From Rhina ancylostomus (taxonomy: Eukaryota): a DNA stretch of 64,000 bases. Below the pieces are notes generated by a model. It was not told where the DNA came from. It did no database searches and saw only the letters and a program-made list of their open reading frames with translations. The position numbers and the translations under genes were made by a program. Of the stretch, positions 12,380 to 25,774 are shown piece after piece. The stretch covers positions 19,331,393 through 19,395,392 of the forward strand of contig JARFYF010000046.1 in assembly GCA_030265395.1 (NCBI GenBank), read 5' to 3'. Numbering within the stretch: the first letter of the stretch is position 1; the number at the start of each line of letters is the position of its first letter.

Positions 12380-13235
12380 ATATCAAAGGAAGTCAAAACT
12401 AAATTGCGTCTATTTTAATGCAATGATTATAATTAGTAAAGTTGATCAACACAAAGCTTTAATTAACACTTTGTACAATATTGTTGCCATCACTGAGACA
12501 TGTTTGAAGGATGGACAGGGGAGTAACTCAATATCCCAATGTAGGGAATTTTTGGGCAAGATAGAGGGGGGAGTAAAAGGGGAGGAGGTATTGCACTGTT
12601 ATTTAAAGATTGCATTACTTTAGTATTAAGGAACAATATCCTAGAAGGCTCCTCAACCGAGGCCATATAGATAGTTAAAAACAAAAAGGGTGTTGTCACT
12701 TTGCTAGGGTTATATTACAGACCTTCCAACAGTCAACAGAAGACAGAAGAACAAATATGTAGGCAGATATCAAAGAGATGCAAAAAAAGTTATTGTACGC
12801 GAGGATTTCAGTTTCTCCAAATATTAACGGTGATTGCCTTAGTGTTCAAGGCTTAGAGCAGGCACAATTCTTGATGTGTTTCCAGGAGAACTTTTTATCA
12901 CAATGCATTGATAGACCAAAGGAGCATTACTGGACCTTATCCAGTGGAACAAAGCTGGTCAAGTGGAGGAAGTGTCAGTGAGGGATCATTTTGGGGGATA
13001 GTGACCATAATTCCATATACTTTCAAGTGGTTATGGGAAAGGATAGGGATGGACCAGTAATAAAGACCTTAAGTTGGGGAAAGGCCAATATCATTAACAT
13101 AAGGGTGGACCTAGCAAAGATAGATTGGAAGCATCTACTTGCAGGTAAGTCTACATCTGTGCAGTCGGAAGCATTCAAAGGAGAAATAACAAGAATTCAA
13201 GGCCAATGTGCTACTATAAGAGTAAAATGGTAAAC
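12380..13235 (+). mobile_element. CR1-clade LINE fragment, APE endonuclease region of ORF2, frameshifted
   Basis: Decayed motifs CVYFNA, IVAITETCL, YYRPSNSQ, CFQENFLSQCIDRP and GDSDHNSI. Confidence 0.8.
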
Positions 13236-13568
13236 TGAAAATCACAAATTGAATATTATCATCAACAACCACTCAACCTGCCCTAACTGAAATGTGAACG
13301 AAGGCATGTTGATTAAATAGAGTTGCTCAAGATTAGGTTTCAGATAAAATGCTTTGAAGGCTTTTCTGATAGTATTTTATACCAGTGGAAAAAGCAGTCC
13401 AAGTTAGCCAATCTTCAACTGTTCCTGCAAGGCTTATAAATATTTAACTGAAGCTATAATTCACACAATAATTTAAATACATAACGTCGTTTGAAGCCAT
13501 ATAGTCCTAAGGTATTGATGGTCAAAATAATGACCAAATATCTAATCTTCCATTGTTTTGAATCACAG

Positions 13569-13651
13569 ACTTGAAAGAGCAAAGAAGCTTCAGGAACAAA
13601 AAGAAAAAGAACTACTGGAGAAACAAAAAGTGGAACAAACAGATGTTACAG
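13569..13651 (+). CDS. RSRC2: RSRC2 coding exon: LERAKKLQEQKEKELLEKQKVEQTDVT
   Basis: cacag acceptor and g|gtattt donor, 83 nt, phase 2 to 1. LERAKKLQEQ motif. Confidence 0.95.
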
Positions 13652-13759
13652 GTATTTTGTAATAAGTGTATAATACAACTTGCAAAACTATTGCAAGCAG
13701 AGAGTCGTGGTATGAAATATTTTAATACTCCTGGAACATNNNNNNATCACCAGCAAGTA

Positions 13760-16710
13760 TTTATCTTGTATTTACCTTGGTTATCCTTGAGGAGGAGGAA
13801 AATGAGTGCCTTTATTGAACTGCTGGAGTCACTTTGGAGAAAATGCATACATTTAAGTTACATAAGAAATAGCAGGATTTTGACCCAGAAGCAACGAAGA
13901 ATGGTCAACATATTTTCAAGTCAAGATGGTACGTCACTTAGTCATGAATTTCCAAGTGGTGGTGATCCCATGGATTGTCCTTTTAAGTGGTAGTAATTAT
14001 CATGAATTTGGGAGCATCTGTTGAAGGAGCTTTGACTTTTGGCTTAAGTGCATATTTAAGAAGGTGCAGCTACGTGTTATGATGGTGAAGGGAGGGAATA
14101 AGGTGGTAGCTAAAGTGCAAATCAAGCAGCATGCCCTTTCTTGAATATCATCAGATGTCTTTGGTGGTTTTAGAGCTGCACATATTTAAGCAAATAGACA
14201 CTATTTCATCACAGTCTTGTTCTTTGTGGATAGTGGAAAGGTTGAGTCAGTTACCACATAATGTTCAGGATCTGAACTACATGTAAATACTCTATTTGTC
14301 TCTAAACCAATTGAAATCAAACAACTTTATGACAAGGAATTAACAATTGTATTGTCATGGTGAGGGTCCTGTTATGTGGTAATTATTAGAGTCCCTTGTT
14401 AGAGAATTATTGCCTGGCATTTATGGCACAAGTGTTGCTTGTCAGTTTCTGGCCCAGCTGCCCCTGAGCAGATACTAAATGAAAAGTCCTCAGTGTAGCA
14501 TCTGGTGACTATTGAACCTTTGATACTACCCTGCAAGGCTGGTGCATCATTTATCTGGATATGAGATGATTGACTTCCAGCAGCCATGAGCATAACCTTT
14601 GTACCAGCAAGTGGAGTTTACCCTACTCTCTCTTGCTTTGTTTTCAGAGTTCTTTTTTGATGGCACATGTGATCGAATACTCTGTGCCTTGGAATCCAAA
14701 GGAATCAACCCTCACCTTGCCTGTGGAATTCATCTCTTGTGTCCATTTGGCCAAGCTTGCGATTCTCAGCCAAAGTCTAGACCTAGTGTTTCTATTGGAA
14801 GTGGAGATAGGTGATACTTCAATCATTTTGTTAATGATTGAATGGACTAGATTGTAACAGGCTGAATTAGGTGGCCCTTTTTTTAAATGGGCAGGATGTT
14901 TCTGGATGCACATACTGGTGCAGTATTGGAATTGATTAGCTAGAATTTAAGTTTATTTTGGAGCATGTCTGGAGCACTGCAGCTGGGATGTTGTCAGGCC
15001 CTTTACTGTATAGAGTGAATCGGGTTGATTGAAGACTAGCTTCTATGATGGTGGGGACATTGGGATGTTAAGATGTACTATTTCTTTGAAACTTTCACAC
15101 TTCACTTGAACCAACAGATCACATCAAAGATTTAGGTCCTACTATGTTTATTTGTGAATAGTGATGGACAAGGAGGCTCCAAGAATATTGAAATCCAAGA
15201 CAATGGTGGGGTCCAACATGTGATTACTAAAGACAAGGTTGAAGCCTTCACAACCATGTCCAGCTATAAATGCCGAATGATTCATCTTGGCTTCTTCCAG
15301 AGACTACCATTACAAATGTCAGTCTCCACCCAGTTCTATTCACTCTGCATGATGTCAAAAAACAGATGAAAGTACTAGATACAGCAAACACCATTGGACC
15401 AGGCAACACAACTGTAGTACTGAAGACTGCACTCCAAAACTAGCTGTATTAGCCAAGCTCTCCCATTAGTTACAACACTGACTTCCACCCAACAATGTGG
15501 AAAATCATCCTGGTACGCCCTGATCACAAAAAAGGACAAATTCAATCTGGTTAAATATCACCCCCTCTTAATCAGCAAAGTGATAAACCTGCCTACCAAG
15601 GGCTTGTTTGGCTTTTGCCAGGAGCACTCTGTTTTAGACCTCATCATAACCTTAATCCAAATGTGGATCAGGCAGCTGAATTCCAGAGCTGTGATGAGAG
15701 TGACTGTCCTTAACATCAAGGCAATATATGTGCAGCCCTGATTAAGTTGAAGTAAATGGGCATCATGGGATATATACTCCCATGGTTGGAGTCATACCTT
15801 GCATAAAGGAAGACAATTGTTGTCCTAGCCCCAGGGTATTACTGCAGGAGTTCCTTAGGGCTGTTCTTAGGTCCAGCCATCTTCAATTGACTCACCATGG
15901 TCTTACTTTCACCATTAGATCAGAAGTAGGGATATTCATTAATGATTGCGGAATATTCGATTCTATTTGCCACTTCATGACAACTTTCAGGCATGGACTG
16001 AAAAGTGGCATACATCATTCAAGGCACAAAAGTATGAGGCAACATTAGAAAATCAAGCCACCTACTTTGATTTCAATGGCATTACTATTGCCCCTTACCC
16101 ACCATCAACAGTCTAACAATCACCATTGGCCAGAAACTGAACTGGACCAGATATGAGCACAGGATAGAAGCTGGGCATCCTGCAGCCCAAAGCCTTTCCA
16201 CCATTTGGAAGATACCAGCCAGGAGAGTGATGGAATGGTCTCCACTTCCTTCGATGAATGCAGCTTTAATAAGTGTCAGAAGGCTTGACAGCTTCCAGGA
16301 CAAAACCACCCACTAGATTGGCACCCAGTCCACCATCCTGAATATTCATTTCCTCCACCATTAGTGCACATTGGCTGCAGTGTGTGCCATCTAAAAGATA
16401 CCTTGCAATGACTCATTTGGGCTACTCCCAATAGTATCTCCAAAATGCAGACTTATCATCAAAATAGACAAGGGCAAGACCCTTGACAGTGCCATAACCT
16501 GGAGGTTCCCCTACACATCCTGTTCTGAAAATGTAATGCCTATCCTTCATTGTCTTTGGATCTACATCTTGGAACTCCAGGCCCAAAAGCATTGTGGAAG
16601 TACACTGATCAGAAGCGTATAAGAATATTGCTCACCACACCTTCTTGCTGCATTCAGGCATGGGCTGTAACTGCTGGCATTGATAGTGATGCCCAGTTAT
16701 CATAAATTTA
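13760..16710. mobile_element. Old decayed non-LTR retrotransposon pieces (RT region on + at about 15100-16700; related minus-strand pieces upstream)
   Basis: Remnant RT-like peptides (PTMWKII..PDHKK, VRVTVLNIKA, GIFINDC) with many stops and frameshifts. Similar sequence at about 26300-26960 and 58940-59250. Confidence 0.55.
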
Positions 16711-19700
16711 ATTCAAAAAATAGCCTTGTGTAATTTCACTAGGTAGGCAATTCATTTTTTGCATCCACTTGGTGGTGTTCCTTTGGAAATAGTAGAGTGA
16801 AGAGTAGGCAAGGTCATAAAATTATAGATTGTAGTGAAATATAATCCTGCTGCTTGGGAAGGCCTACCACTTCTCAGAGTTTTGAGCTGTTAGATTCGTT
16901 CTGAATCTCTTATGTTCTATGTCTGTAGTAGTGACATTCAACATTGTTTCAACAAGAACTGTATGGTGTTTAGTCCTAACAGTCCTGTCATGGGCAATAC
17001 ATCTGCTGTAGATTGATGTGGACAAAGGTCAGTTTTTCCACTCGTACAATCTCTTGCCACTTACGCTGCCAGCCTCGTCAGATAGCTGTGTACTTTAGAA
17101 CAATCATATTAGTGAATATGCTTTTTGCTGGTGACAGAATGCACTAAGAGATGGTAATGGTGTATTGGACATTGTAAAGTCTAAGAGACAGACCTTCAAA
17201 TTTTGTGGGTTTTCATGGCACGTTCCTCATGGGGGGCTCTGCTGAGTAGAGCAGCCTGATTCACCTTTGACGTGTTCAGAGCCTTATATTGATGCTGATG
17301 TTGTTTTATTATTAATTTTCATTGTGGTTTATGAATGTTAGCCTTTCTCTCTGGCAAACTGAACTACTCAATAACCTCAAAATTAAATCCCCTATTGTTA
17401 TGGCTTCACATAACTCAACTGTATATCTGATTTCCTAGAAAATGTGTGACTATCAGGGTTGTTTCTCAAGCAATCTGTAATATAATATTTTGATGACACT
17501 GAAGTTATACGGTTTCGAGTTGGAAACAGAATGTAAGGATGGATACTTTTCCAATATGAAGTGATATTCAATTCCCACTCAGTTATTCCAGTGAGTCTAG
17601 TAATATCATTCATCCTTTTTTAAAAATATGTAATCAGTTTTTATGCTAGTTGCTAATTAATTCCCGAGCACTGGCCATTTTTAAAATAGTCCTTGGATGT
17701 AAAAATAGCGATTATTGCGGTAATTTATATTTAAATAGTTTACCCCCATCTTATGATGTCAGTAATGATTTGGAGTTGATTATATAACATTTCAGAATCA
17801 GCATCCAGCATTCCTCTTTCCTGTGATTTTATAAAATATGTATTCCTCTCTTAATTGTAAAACTGAAGCACTTACCAAGGAGGTAAAAGGATAATTTTAA
17901 TGTCTGATTTTTCAGTTCTCTGTTCACACACACTATCTGCTTAACCCTAGATGTATCTGTTGACATGATTTTTGAGCTGTATCTGTCCAGTACTTTTAAA
18001 GATTCTCAATTCTAATGAAATTGTAAAGTTTCTATTTTACATGTACAGTCTGCTCATGGATGAAATATGTTTGAGACTTTGGTTTCTATGTATTATTCAG
18101 TGGATTCCCCAGAATGTAAACCAATTTTCTCTTTCAGATTTTTCTCTTTAAAGTAAATGATATTTACATAATTTATATTTCTCATATTTTGGCAATTGGA
18201 ACAAATCCAGCATTTGGTCACCCAGTTTAGGAAAAAACTAAAGTGCAAATAATACTCTTGTTACTCGACACTATATCTGGTTCTATTGGAATTTTTTTTA
18301 AACCAGGAGTACTGTATTAGGAAACATTTGTCCTTGCCCTGTCAAAATATTATACATCTTCCTTGTATTTTGTCATATCCTTCCTTTCCAAAACAATTTA
18401 AAATGGAGTGTCAAAGTCATAACATTTAAGGATTGAGAACACTAGTACCAGTTTAAAGGCACTGGCATTCTTCTGAGTGTGTGAGGGGAATCCCAATCTT
18501 GGAACATTGGATGTTTAGTGAAAGCCCATGAGAACATCACCCCAGTGTGAGCTCTGATAGTTGCTGCACAAATGTGATTGTAATGTGCATGGAAAACAGA
18601 AACTGCCAAAATGTTTAAAATCTGATTTTGAAAACTCATAACTGGACAAATACTGCTTAAAAAGTAAGCACTATTTATTTTCAACAGATACAACTAATGG
18701 ATCACTTGGAAATGTCAACCAGCCAACAGGTAGGAAAACTTAATATCTATTTTTAGCAAACTATATTCCTTCACAATCACATTTGTTATTTCATTTCAAA
18801 TCACTCCAGATGCCAGCACTTTGTTTGTGATTAGTCTTTGCATAGTGGAGTATTTGATGGAATGTAAAACTTGAAATTAAATGCAATTTATATTTTTGCT
18901 GATGTAAAAGACACTACTAGAGAGAGTTTTTAAACCTGTTGGATAAAACTGCTTGTTAGTGTTCATCTGCTCCCTATCAGTCCCATTTTGTTGATGCTAC
19001 TGGTGTCTCTGGTTGATGAATTTCTACGTACAAATAGTTTATGCCCAAACCAAAGCAACAGTTTTATTTACTGACTAGAGGTAAGATCGTTTGTAGGTAC
19101 TGCACTATGAAGGGGGAGTCTATGAGCATAAGTAAAAGTATTTTGAAACAGAAGGATATTGAGTGGTTTGTTAGTAGAAGGTACGCAAGTAGGTAAGCCC
19201 GTTTCACAGTTCTGTTAGATCTGTAGTTCAATTTTATTTATCCACACCAACATCTCATTCCTTGATCGTGTTACCTATTTAATGATCTCAGTCTTAAACT
19301 TCATTTGACTCAAAAACACTTATTTTGAGGAATGAATTCCAGGTATCTTTTTTTGTGGGAGAAATGGTCCTACCTGATTTCACTTCTGAACGGCCTAGCA
19401 TTAATTTAGAGATTAATCCAAATTTCCTGATTGTGCATGTATCTTGGCATATCTTTTTATCATTTTAAAGACATTGATTAGATTGCACTTTGAATATCTA
19501 AACTCAAGGAGATACAAATCCAATTAAGGTTACCTATACTCATAATATAATCCTTTGAGTCCCAGTAGAATTCTATGTATCTGCATCATTTCCTGTCCAG
19601 GATTTCTTTCCTACAATTTGGTATAACTACTTCCTTGGTTTTGCATTCCAGTTCTCTAGTTAGATGCCACCATTCCATTAGCCTTTCATTAGATCAACAT

Positions 19701-20048
19701 CTAAATCTTTTTTGTTTCTGCATACCACTTCTTCTCTCCCACCATTAAGAAAATGCAAATGTTTCTGTTTGCATGGTAAAAGTCATTTGATTTTTTTTGG
19801 GAGACAGAGTTTGCAATTTTTGGTTATTTTTTGGAATTGTATAAAACTTGTATTTGTAAACTGGAGTTTCTTGTGCTGTGCTGGAATTCCTTGAACACCA
19901 GTGGAAGTGATGAATGCGGTAAGAGGTTTGAATAGGTTGTAATTGTGANNNNNNNNNNNNNNNNNNNNNNNNNNNNNNNNNNNNNNNNNNNNNNNNNNNN
20001 NNNNNNNNNNNNNNNNNNNNNNNNNNNNNNNNNNNNNNNNNNNNNNNN

Positions 20049-20185
20049 CTTTTGTTGTGAAAGACACCGTAATCCCCATTCAGAAACTTTGGGAACTGTC
20101 TTAGATTTTTTGTCAGATTTGTTTGAAAAAGGACTGAGTTACAGTTCTATAAACACAGCAAGGTCAGCTTTATCTTCACATTGTC
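20049..20185 (+). mobile_element. DIRS1-like retrotransposon fragment (N-terminal part of tyrosine recombinase)
   Basis: FCCERHRNPHSETLGTVLDFLSDLFEKGLSYSSINTARSALS resembles the DIRS recombinase VLDFL...GLSYSSINTARSALS pattern. Abuts an N-gap. Confidence 0.7.
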
Positions 20186-20561
20186 ATAGTACCTCTATGG
20201 TAAAGATGTGACTTGACTCTGATAAACAAATCGCAATATATGCTCGTCAGATTGTTGTATTATCTTGGAGGTGTTCCATGCCCTCACCATGCTTATCCTT
20301 CTAAGTTATTAGGATAAATGTTCGCATGGTGCCATGAATGATACTGTGGCATATGACAGAGCATTCTGCAGATAATGTTTACTGGTTTTGAAATTGAGGT
20401 CAAGGTTTAGATTCCTCAATGAGGTAACAATCAAGTTGTTCTATTACATCATTGGTGCCAGGCATCTTGGGCACTGTAAATGAGTAGATTGATATTGGGC
20501 AATTAAGAGTTGAATGTTTACAAAAAGATATGGATGATTAAGTTTCTGATGTTTTCAACAG

Positions 20562-20785
20562 TTAGTAGTGGATCCGTTCTCAATGTTGCTGCACTCCTGG
20601 CATCTGGTACTCAAGTCACACCTCAGATTGCAATGGCTGCACAGATGGCAGCTCTCCAAGCCAAGGCACTGGCTGAAACTGGCATAGCAGTACCTAGTTA
20701 TTACAACCCAACTGCTGTCAACCCAATGAAGTTTGCAGAACAGGAGAAGAAACGCAAACTGCTCTGGCAAAACAAGAAGGAAGGG
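20562..20785 (+). CDS. RSRC2: RSRC2 coding exon: VSSGSVLNVAALLASGTQVTPQIAMAAQMAALQAKALAETGIAVPSYYNP...QNKKEG
   Basis: caacag acceptor and ggg|gtaagt donor, phase 1 to 0. Near-identical to vertebrate RSRC2. Confidence 0.97.
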
Positions 20786-22006
20786 GTAAGTTCCGAATAC
20801 AATGTATATGTAATATGGCTTTGTCTATGTTAGGAAAAGCTGTGATACAAACATTTACACTTACTTTGATTTTCTGTTTCCCCTCGCTGCCCACCAACTA
20901 CGTTTGGGGGTAGAGCAGGATAGTTTTGTGTGGCGGAAAGAGATTAAAATCCTGGGAGACTGAGAGAGTCAGAGAAAATCGTGGGCAGGGAAGATGAGTC
21001 AGAGAAGTATTTGAAATGAGGGGAAGATTCAGGATAGAGGATCAAGACAGATGGATTGGAGTCAGCTGAGCTCTAGGTGGCACAGGAATTGCATTTGTGT
21101 GATGGAACGGACAATAATGGGAGTAAGATGGGGGTGCTAGTAGGCAGCAGAGAAAATAAAGGTACTGAATAAAATGGAATCCTTGGATCCTCTGGCAGTG
21201 GCCTTGATAAAGTCAGGCACTTAAGGTAAAGTTATTTTCTGCTGTCCATTTAGTACCTGTTTCAGTGTTTGGGTTCTGTGCTGTTGGTAGGACTTGCATG
21301 CACGGTAGTATGTTGTGTAGTGATGTAAAATGTATGACACTGATGAGCATGTGCAGTATTCTGACTAGCTGTCTTATGTTCCAATGTTCCAAATTGAAAA
21401 TAACACTCCAAGCATTGAGATTTAGGCATCACTGATGCAGATGATTTGGTTTTGCTTGCAAGTAGTATCATGACAAAATTACCTGATATCACACAAGACT
21501 ATGCACTATAATATATCAAGAAACTGGATTAATCTGTGACTTCCAAACAAATATAAAATTTCTCTATTTACTCCATTAAAATTCTTTGCTTTTCTTAAAA
21601 AGACACTATTAAACCTCCAGGAGCTTTAATAGTGACTTTTTAATGAAACAAGATGATGATTTTTTTAAATGGCAAGTTTTATGAAGAGAAAAGCTAGGTG
21701 AAGCAAAGCTTTGGCCAGATAATAGCATTACAATACACTGGAAACTGATTACATTTGATGTCATTTTGTGATAAAATTATTCTAATTCAGCAAAACTACT
21801 TAGAGCAAATTGTAGTTGGATTTAGGCTGCAGTGTATCACAGTAAACTTCATGAACTGCCTATGGTCACAAATTATTTGTGAGCAGAAATAAGAAATGCT
21901 ATTTATTTATCTGTCTACCTATTTTTCCCAACCTTTTTTGTAAAATATTATTTTCTGTCAGTATGATGTTGTGGATTTTCATATGCCTTTTTTTTTTCTG
22001 TTCAAG

Positions 22007-22096
22007 GATAAGTCACAGACAGCAGAATTATGGGAGAAGCTAAATTTTGGTAACAAAGACCAAAATGTAAAATTTCGAAAGTTAATGGGCATCAAG
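22007..22096 (+). CDS. RSRC2: RSRC2 coding exon: DKSQTAELWEKLNFGNKDQNVKFRKLMGIK (SMAP domain)
   Basis: Polypyrimidine tract with aag acceptor and aag|gtgagt donor, 90 nt, phase 0 to 0. Confidence 0.97.
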
Positions 22097-22749
22097 GTGA
22101 GTTGTAAAAATAGCACAGGAAAAAATGCTTTTTATTTGAATTTTTAAATGTGTTTATTATAGGAAAACCAACAAAATGGTAAGCATTGCAGAATAACATG
22201 AATCATAATAGAACAAAATGATAGAGGGTTATTTTTTTTAGGCTAAAGCTATTTAAACGCTTCTACCGTTTTCTGGTAAATGTCATTAATCAGTTGTCAC
22301 CATATGTGGAACTCTGTCACCTTGGTGGATGGTAAATGGCTAGATTTAATTTATTAAATTTGAATCTTGAAGCAGAGTAGTACACAGTTAACTAATTAGA
22401 GCCACTCAACTTTTTTCTAAAGTAAAAGTTCTATTTTCTTCAAATTAAAGTGTAAATTTAAACACTCTGACTTTGTTTCCATTGATAAATTTTACCAAAT
22501 GAACTGCTTTTCAATGGGGAGTGAAGTTAAATCACTCCAAAACCACTTTCTGCAGAAAGTCCACTGAAGATTGGGAATGCAGATTCTGCATCCAACATGT
22601 CTTCAATTGGATGTTATCTCGATGACAGTACAATTTAAATCCCTTTGAGTAATATATTATTAATCTGTTTAATAGAAACATACTGTGCCCATCTCTACCT
22701 TGCACTTTATACAATTATCTCATCTGATTTTTCAACCAGTCAGTGAGCC

Positions 22750-24450
22750 TATATTTGATATTGGAGGGCAAGAAATAAGCAACATTGGACTGTGGACCAG
22801 GTTGAACAAAGAGAGGTAGATCTGACTGCACCTTTATTCCATGGAATTTGGAATGAAGAGATTACCTCATTCAACAGGTTCAAGGTATATGTTCCCACAA
22901 AGAGAAAGTGGGGCTGCCAACTCTTGAGCCCCTGGATGACAAGGAGTAGAGAGTAGGGNNNNNNNNNNNNNNNNNNNNNNNNNNNNNNNNNNNNNNNNNN
23001 NNNNNNNNNNNNNNNNNNNNNNNNNNNNNNNNNNNNNNNNNNNNNNNNNNNNNNNNNNTTCCCACAAAGAGAACGTGGGGCTGCCAACTCTTGAGCCCCT
23101 GGAGGACAAGGAGTAGAGAGTAGGGCAAGAAAGTGGAAGCTGAAGTTAGATAGCCTGGACAATTAAACAAGGTAAAGGGGTAAAATTAATAAGGAAATTA
23201 GAAAAACAAAAAGAAAATATGTAAGTGTTTTTCAAGGATATAAAAAGCAAGGGGATAACTAGGGAAGGAGTAAGACCCACTGAAGATCATAAAGATAATT
23301 TGTATTTGGAAGTGAGGATTTGGATGGAGTTCTTAATACTTTCAAACTGTCCTTCACAGAAGATGTTATAGGTAAGGAGGAAGTACATGAAATACTGGAT
23401 GAGGTAAGCATTGTAAAAGAAGAATTACTAAGGGAATTAGCATCTTTGAAATGCCTAAATGAAATCTGTCCTGGGCTGTTCAAAGAAGGGAGGAAATTAT
23501 AGTGGCTCTTACCTTTTTTCCAATCATCCCTGGCTACAGCAGTGGGATTAGAGGACCATTAATATAATGCTGTTTTTTTTTAAAAGGAAAGAAACTAATT
23601 TATTGCTGGCCAGTTAGTTTAACCTCATTGGGCAACCTATTAGAATCAATTCTGAGGTGTGTTACAAAACTTCATTTACATGAGATCAAGGGCCATGGTG
23701 ATATCTGACAGTTGATTTTTTTTTAAAAAGGTAACAAGGAAGATGGATGAGGGAAGTGCATTTGGTGTAGTTAACATGGACTTTAGCATGATAGCTACTC
23801 AATAAAGCATGAGATCCATGGATGACTGGCAAATTAGATCTATAATTGGCTCAGTGGCAGGAAAGAGGTTAATGATCAACAGGTACTCTAATGACTGAAA
23901 AGCTGTTAATGCTGAGACTTGGTCCCTTGCTCATTTTGTACTAATTTAGACTTAAACAGGGGAAGTATGACAAAGTATTTTGCAGATGATACAAATATTA
24001 CTGACAGAAGGAGAACCTTTGACTTCAGAAGGGTGTAAATGATCTGGTCACTTGGACAGAAAATAGGCAAATTGAGTTTAAGGCACACAATGCAGTTGAG
24101 GAGATGGAAAAAGGAAAAGGAATATATAGAGGGAGGATATCGAGAAATGTTGGGCAGCAGAGAGAATGTGTTCACTAACTGTTTAAAAATAGAAGCTGTT
24201 TGGTAAGGTGATTAAAAAGGCATACAGGATGCTTTCCATTATTAGCCAAGGTAAAGAATTTAAGAGCAGAGGGGTTATGTTAGAATTGTACACAAAATTT
24301 GTCTAGTCACAGTTTGAGTATTGAGTACAGTTCTGAATACCATATGACTGGGAAGATGTGATTGTTCTAAAGTTGTTTTCTGTGGAATATTAGAGGCTGA
24401 TGAGAGACTTAACTGAAGTGTATTAAATTATGAAAGGCTTAGTTAAAGAA
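22750..24450 (+). mobile_element. Decayed CR1 LINE ORF2 (RT region)
   Basis: Remnants such as MDEGSAFGVVNMDFS, KYFADDT, and a typical CR1 3' region (LYTKFV..QFEY..QF). Many stops. Confidence 0.75.
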
Positions 24451-25034
24451 GTATGACTTTTTCCCTTACCTCTGGGTTCCAAAACCTGGGATCATAAGGT
24501 ATATCAAAAGTAATTGATATTACTTGCTGCCTGAGTGAAAGGCGAAGGTATAAACCATCCCCTAAGTAATTCAGGATAGGCTGAATGTCAACCACCAGTG
24601 TCATAAGTTTTCTACAGTTCATTAAATGAAAAATTCCAAAAGGTAAATTATGAGGCTGATTATTTTTTTTCTGGCCATGAAATCCAAAACTGGTGATGGG
24701 CTGTTTAGGACTCAAATGGGACCAAAAAAAGTTTCTACCTTGAAGGTTTTGAAAATTCACCCCACGATTAGGAAGCCAGAAGATGTTGAATGTTGAATTG
24801 AGGTGAAAGCTTAGCATGATGTAACAGAATTAAGGGGCTTTATGCTCTAATTCAGCTTCGACTTCTTGTGTTTTGAACCAATATAATAGTACGTATGGAA
24901 AGGTTAATTGTCTACAATTTCTTCAACTGGAAAATATAGTTGGTGGTAAGACAGTCTTGTGATTGCACGTAACTGAGAGCACATTAAGAGATGTAGATTG
25001 GAATATAATATCTTGTAATCATTTTGTTTTGAAG

Positions 25035-25217
25035 GATGAGGAAGAGGTGGGAACCCCAATCCCAAATCCTGATGAAAGTTTCAAAACTCTAAAGCAACAG
25101 GAAGAAGTGTTCAGGAATTTGGATGCTCAATATGAGATGGCACGATCACAAACTCACACACAGAGAGGCATGGGCCTGGGTTTCTCTTCTTCAATGAGAG
25201 GAATGGACACAATTTAA
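25035..25217 (+). CDS. RSRC2: RSRC2 last coding exon: DEEEVG...KTLKQQEEVFRNLDAQYEMARSQTHTQRGMGLGFSSSMRGMDTI*
   Basis: ttttgaag acceptor, phase 0. Conserved RSRC2 C-terminus, TAA stop. Confidence 0.97.
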   Translation, partial: DEEEVGTPIPNPDESFKTLKQQEEVFRNLDAQYEMARSQTHTQRGMGLGFSSSMRGMDTI

Positions 25218-25768
25218 GAATGAGCATTGTACTTGTGCTTAAGTACATGATTTTTTTATATTGTCTTTGTCCATGTTGGAGATTTAAAGCTTCATCTTGA
25301 CTTTCACTTTCCCGTTTACTGAAAAAGCTAGTAATCTAGCTAGCATGGTTGTTGCAATGCAAAATAATTTATTAAAAGGGGTTTTGATTGTAAAGATAAC
25401 TGGGTGTATCAACAATCATACTGTGATAGTTTTCTTCCTAAACATTGGGACTTCATTGAAGAAACAGTTGAAGGCATTGTTTTGCAACCAGAGAAAGGGA
25501 AGTTCTATCTTTTTTTTCTTTTTATGTATTTGGAGTAATGTATGCAGACTGGATTCAAACAGCCTAATCTCATTCATATTTTGTTGTAATACTTCATGTT
25601 GCTGTATTATGTGATTGCTTTTGTACTAAAACTTGTACAGTTATTTTCATCTTTTGAAATGCAAATGATTGTGTAGTTGTAAATTTGGATTTAGTTTGTT
25701 TGTAAGTACTTATTCCAGTGCTTAAAAAGCACTTTATAGTGCACTGTTCATTATCAAGCTTTCTGGAC

Positions 25769-25774
25769 AATAAA
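25769..25774 (+). promoter_or_regulatory. Candidate RSRC2 polyadenylation signal AATAAA
   Basis: First AATAAA after the stop codon, about 550 nt into an AU-rich 3' UTR. Other hexamers lie nearby. Confidence 0.4.
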
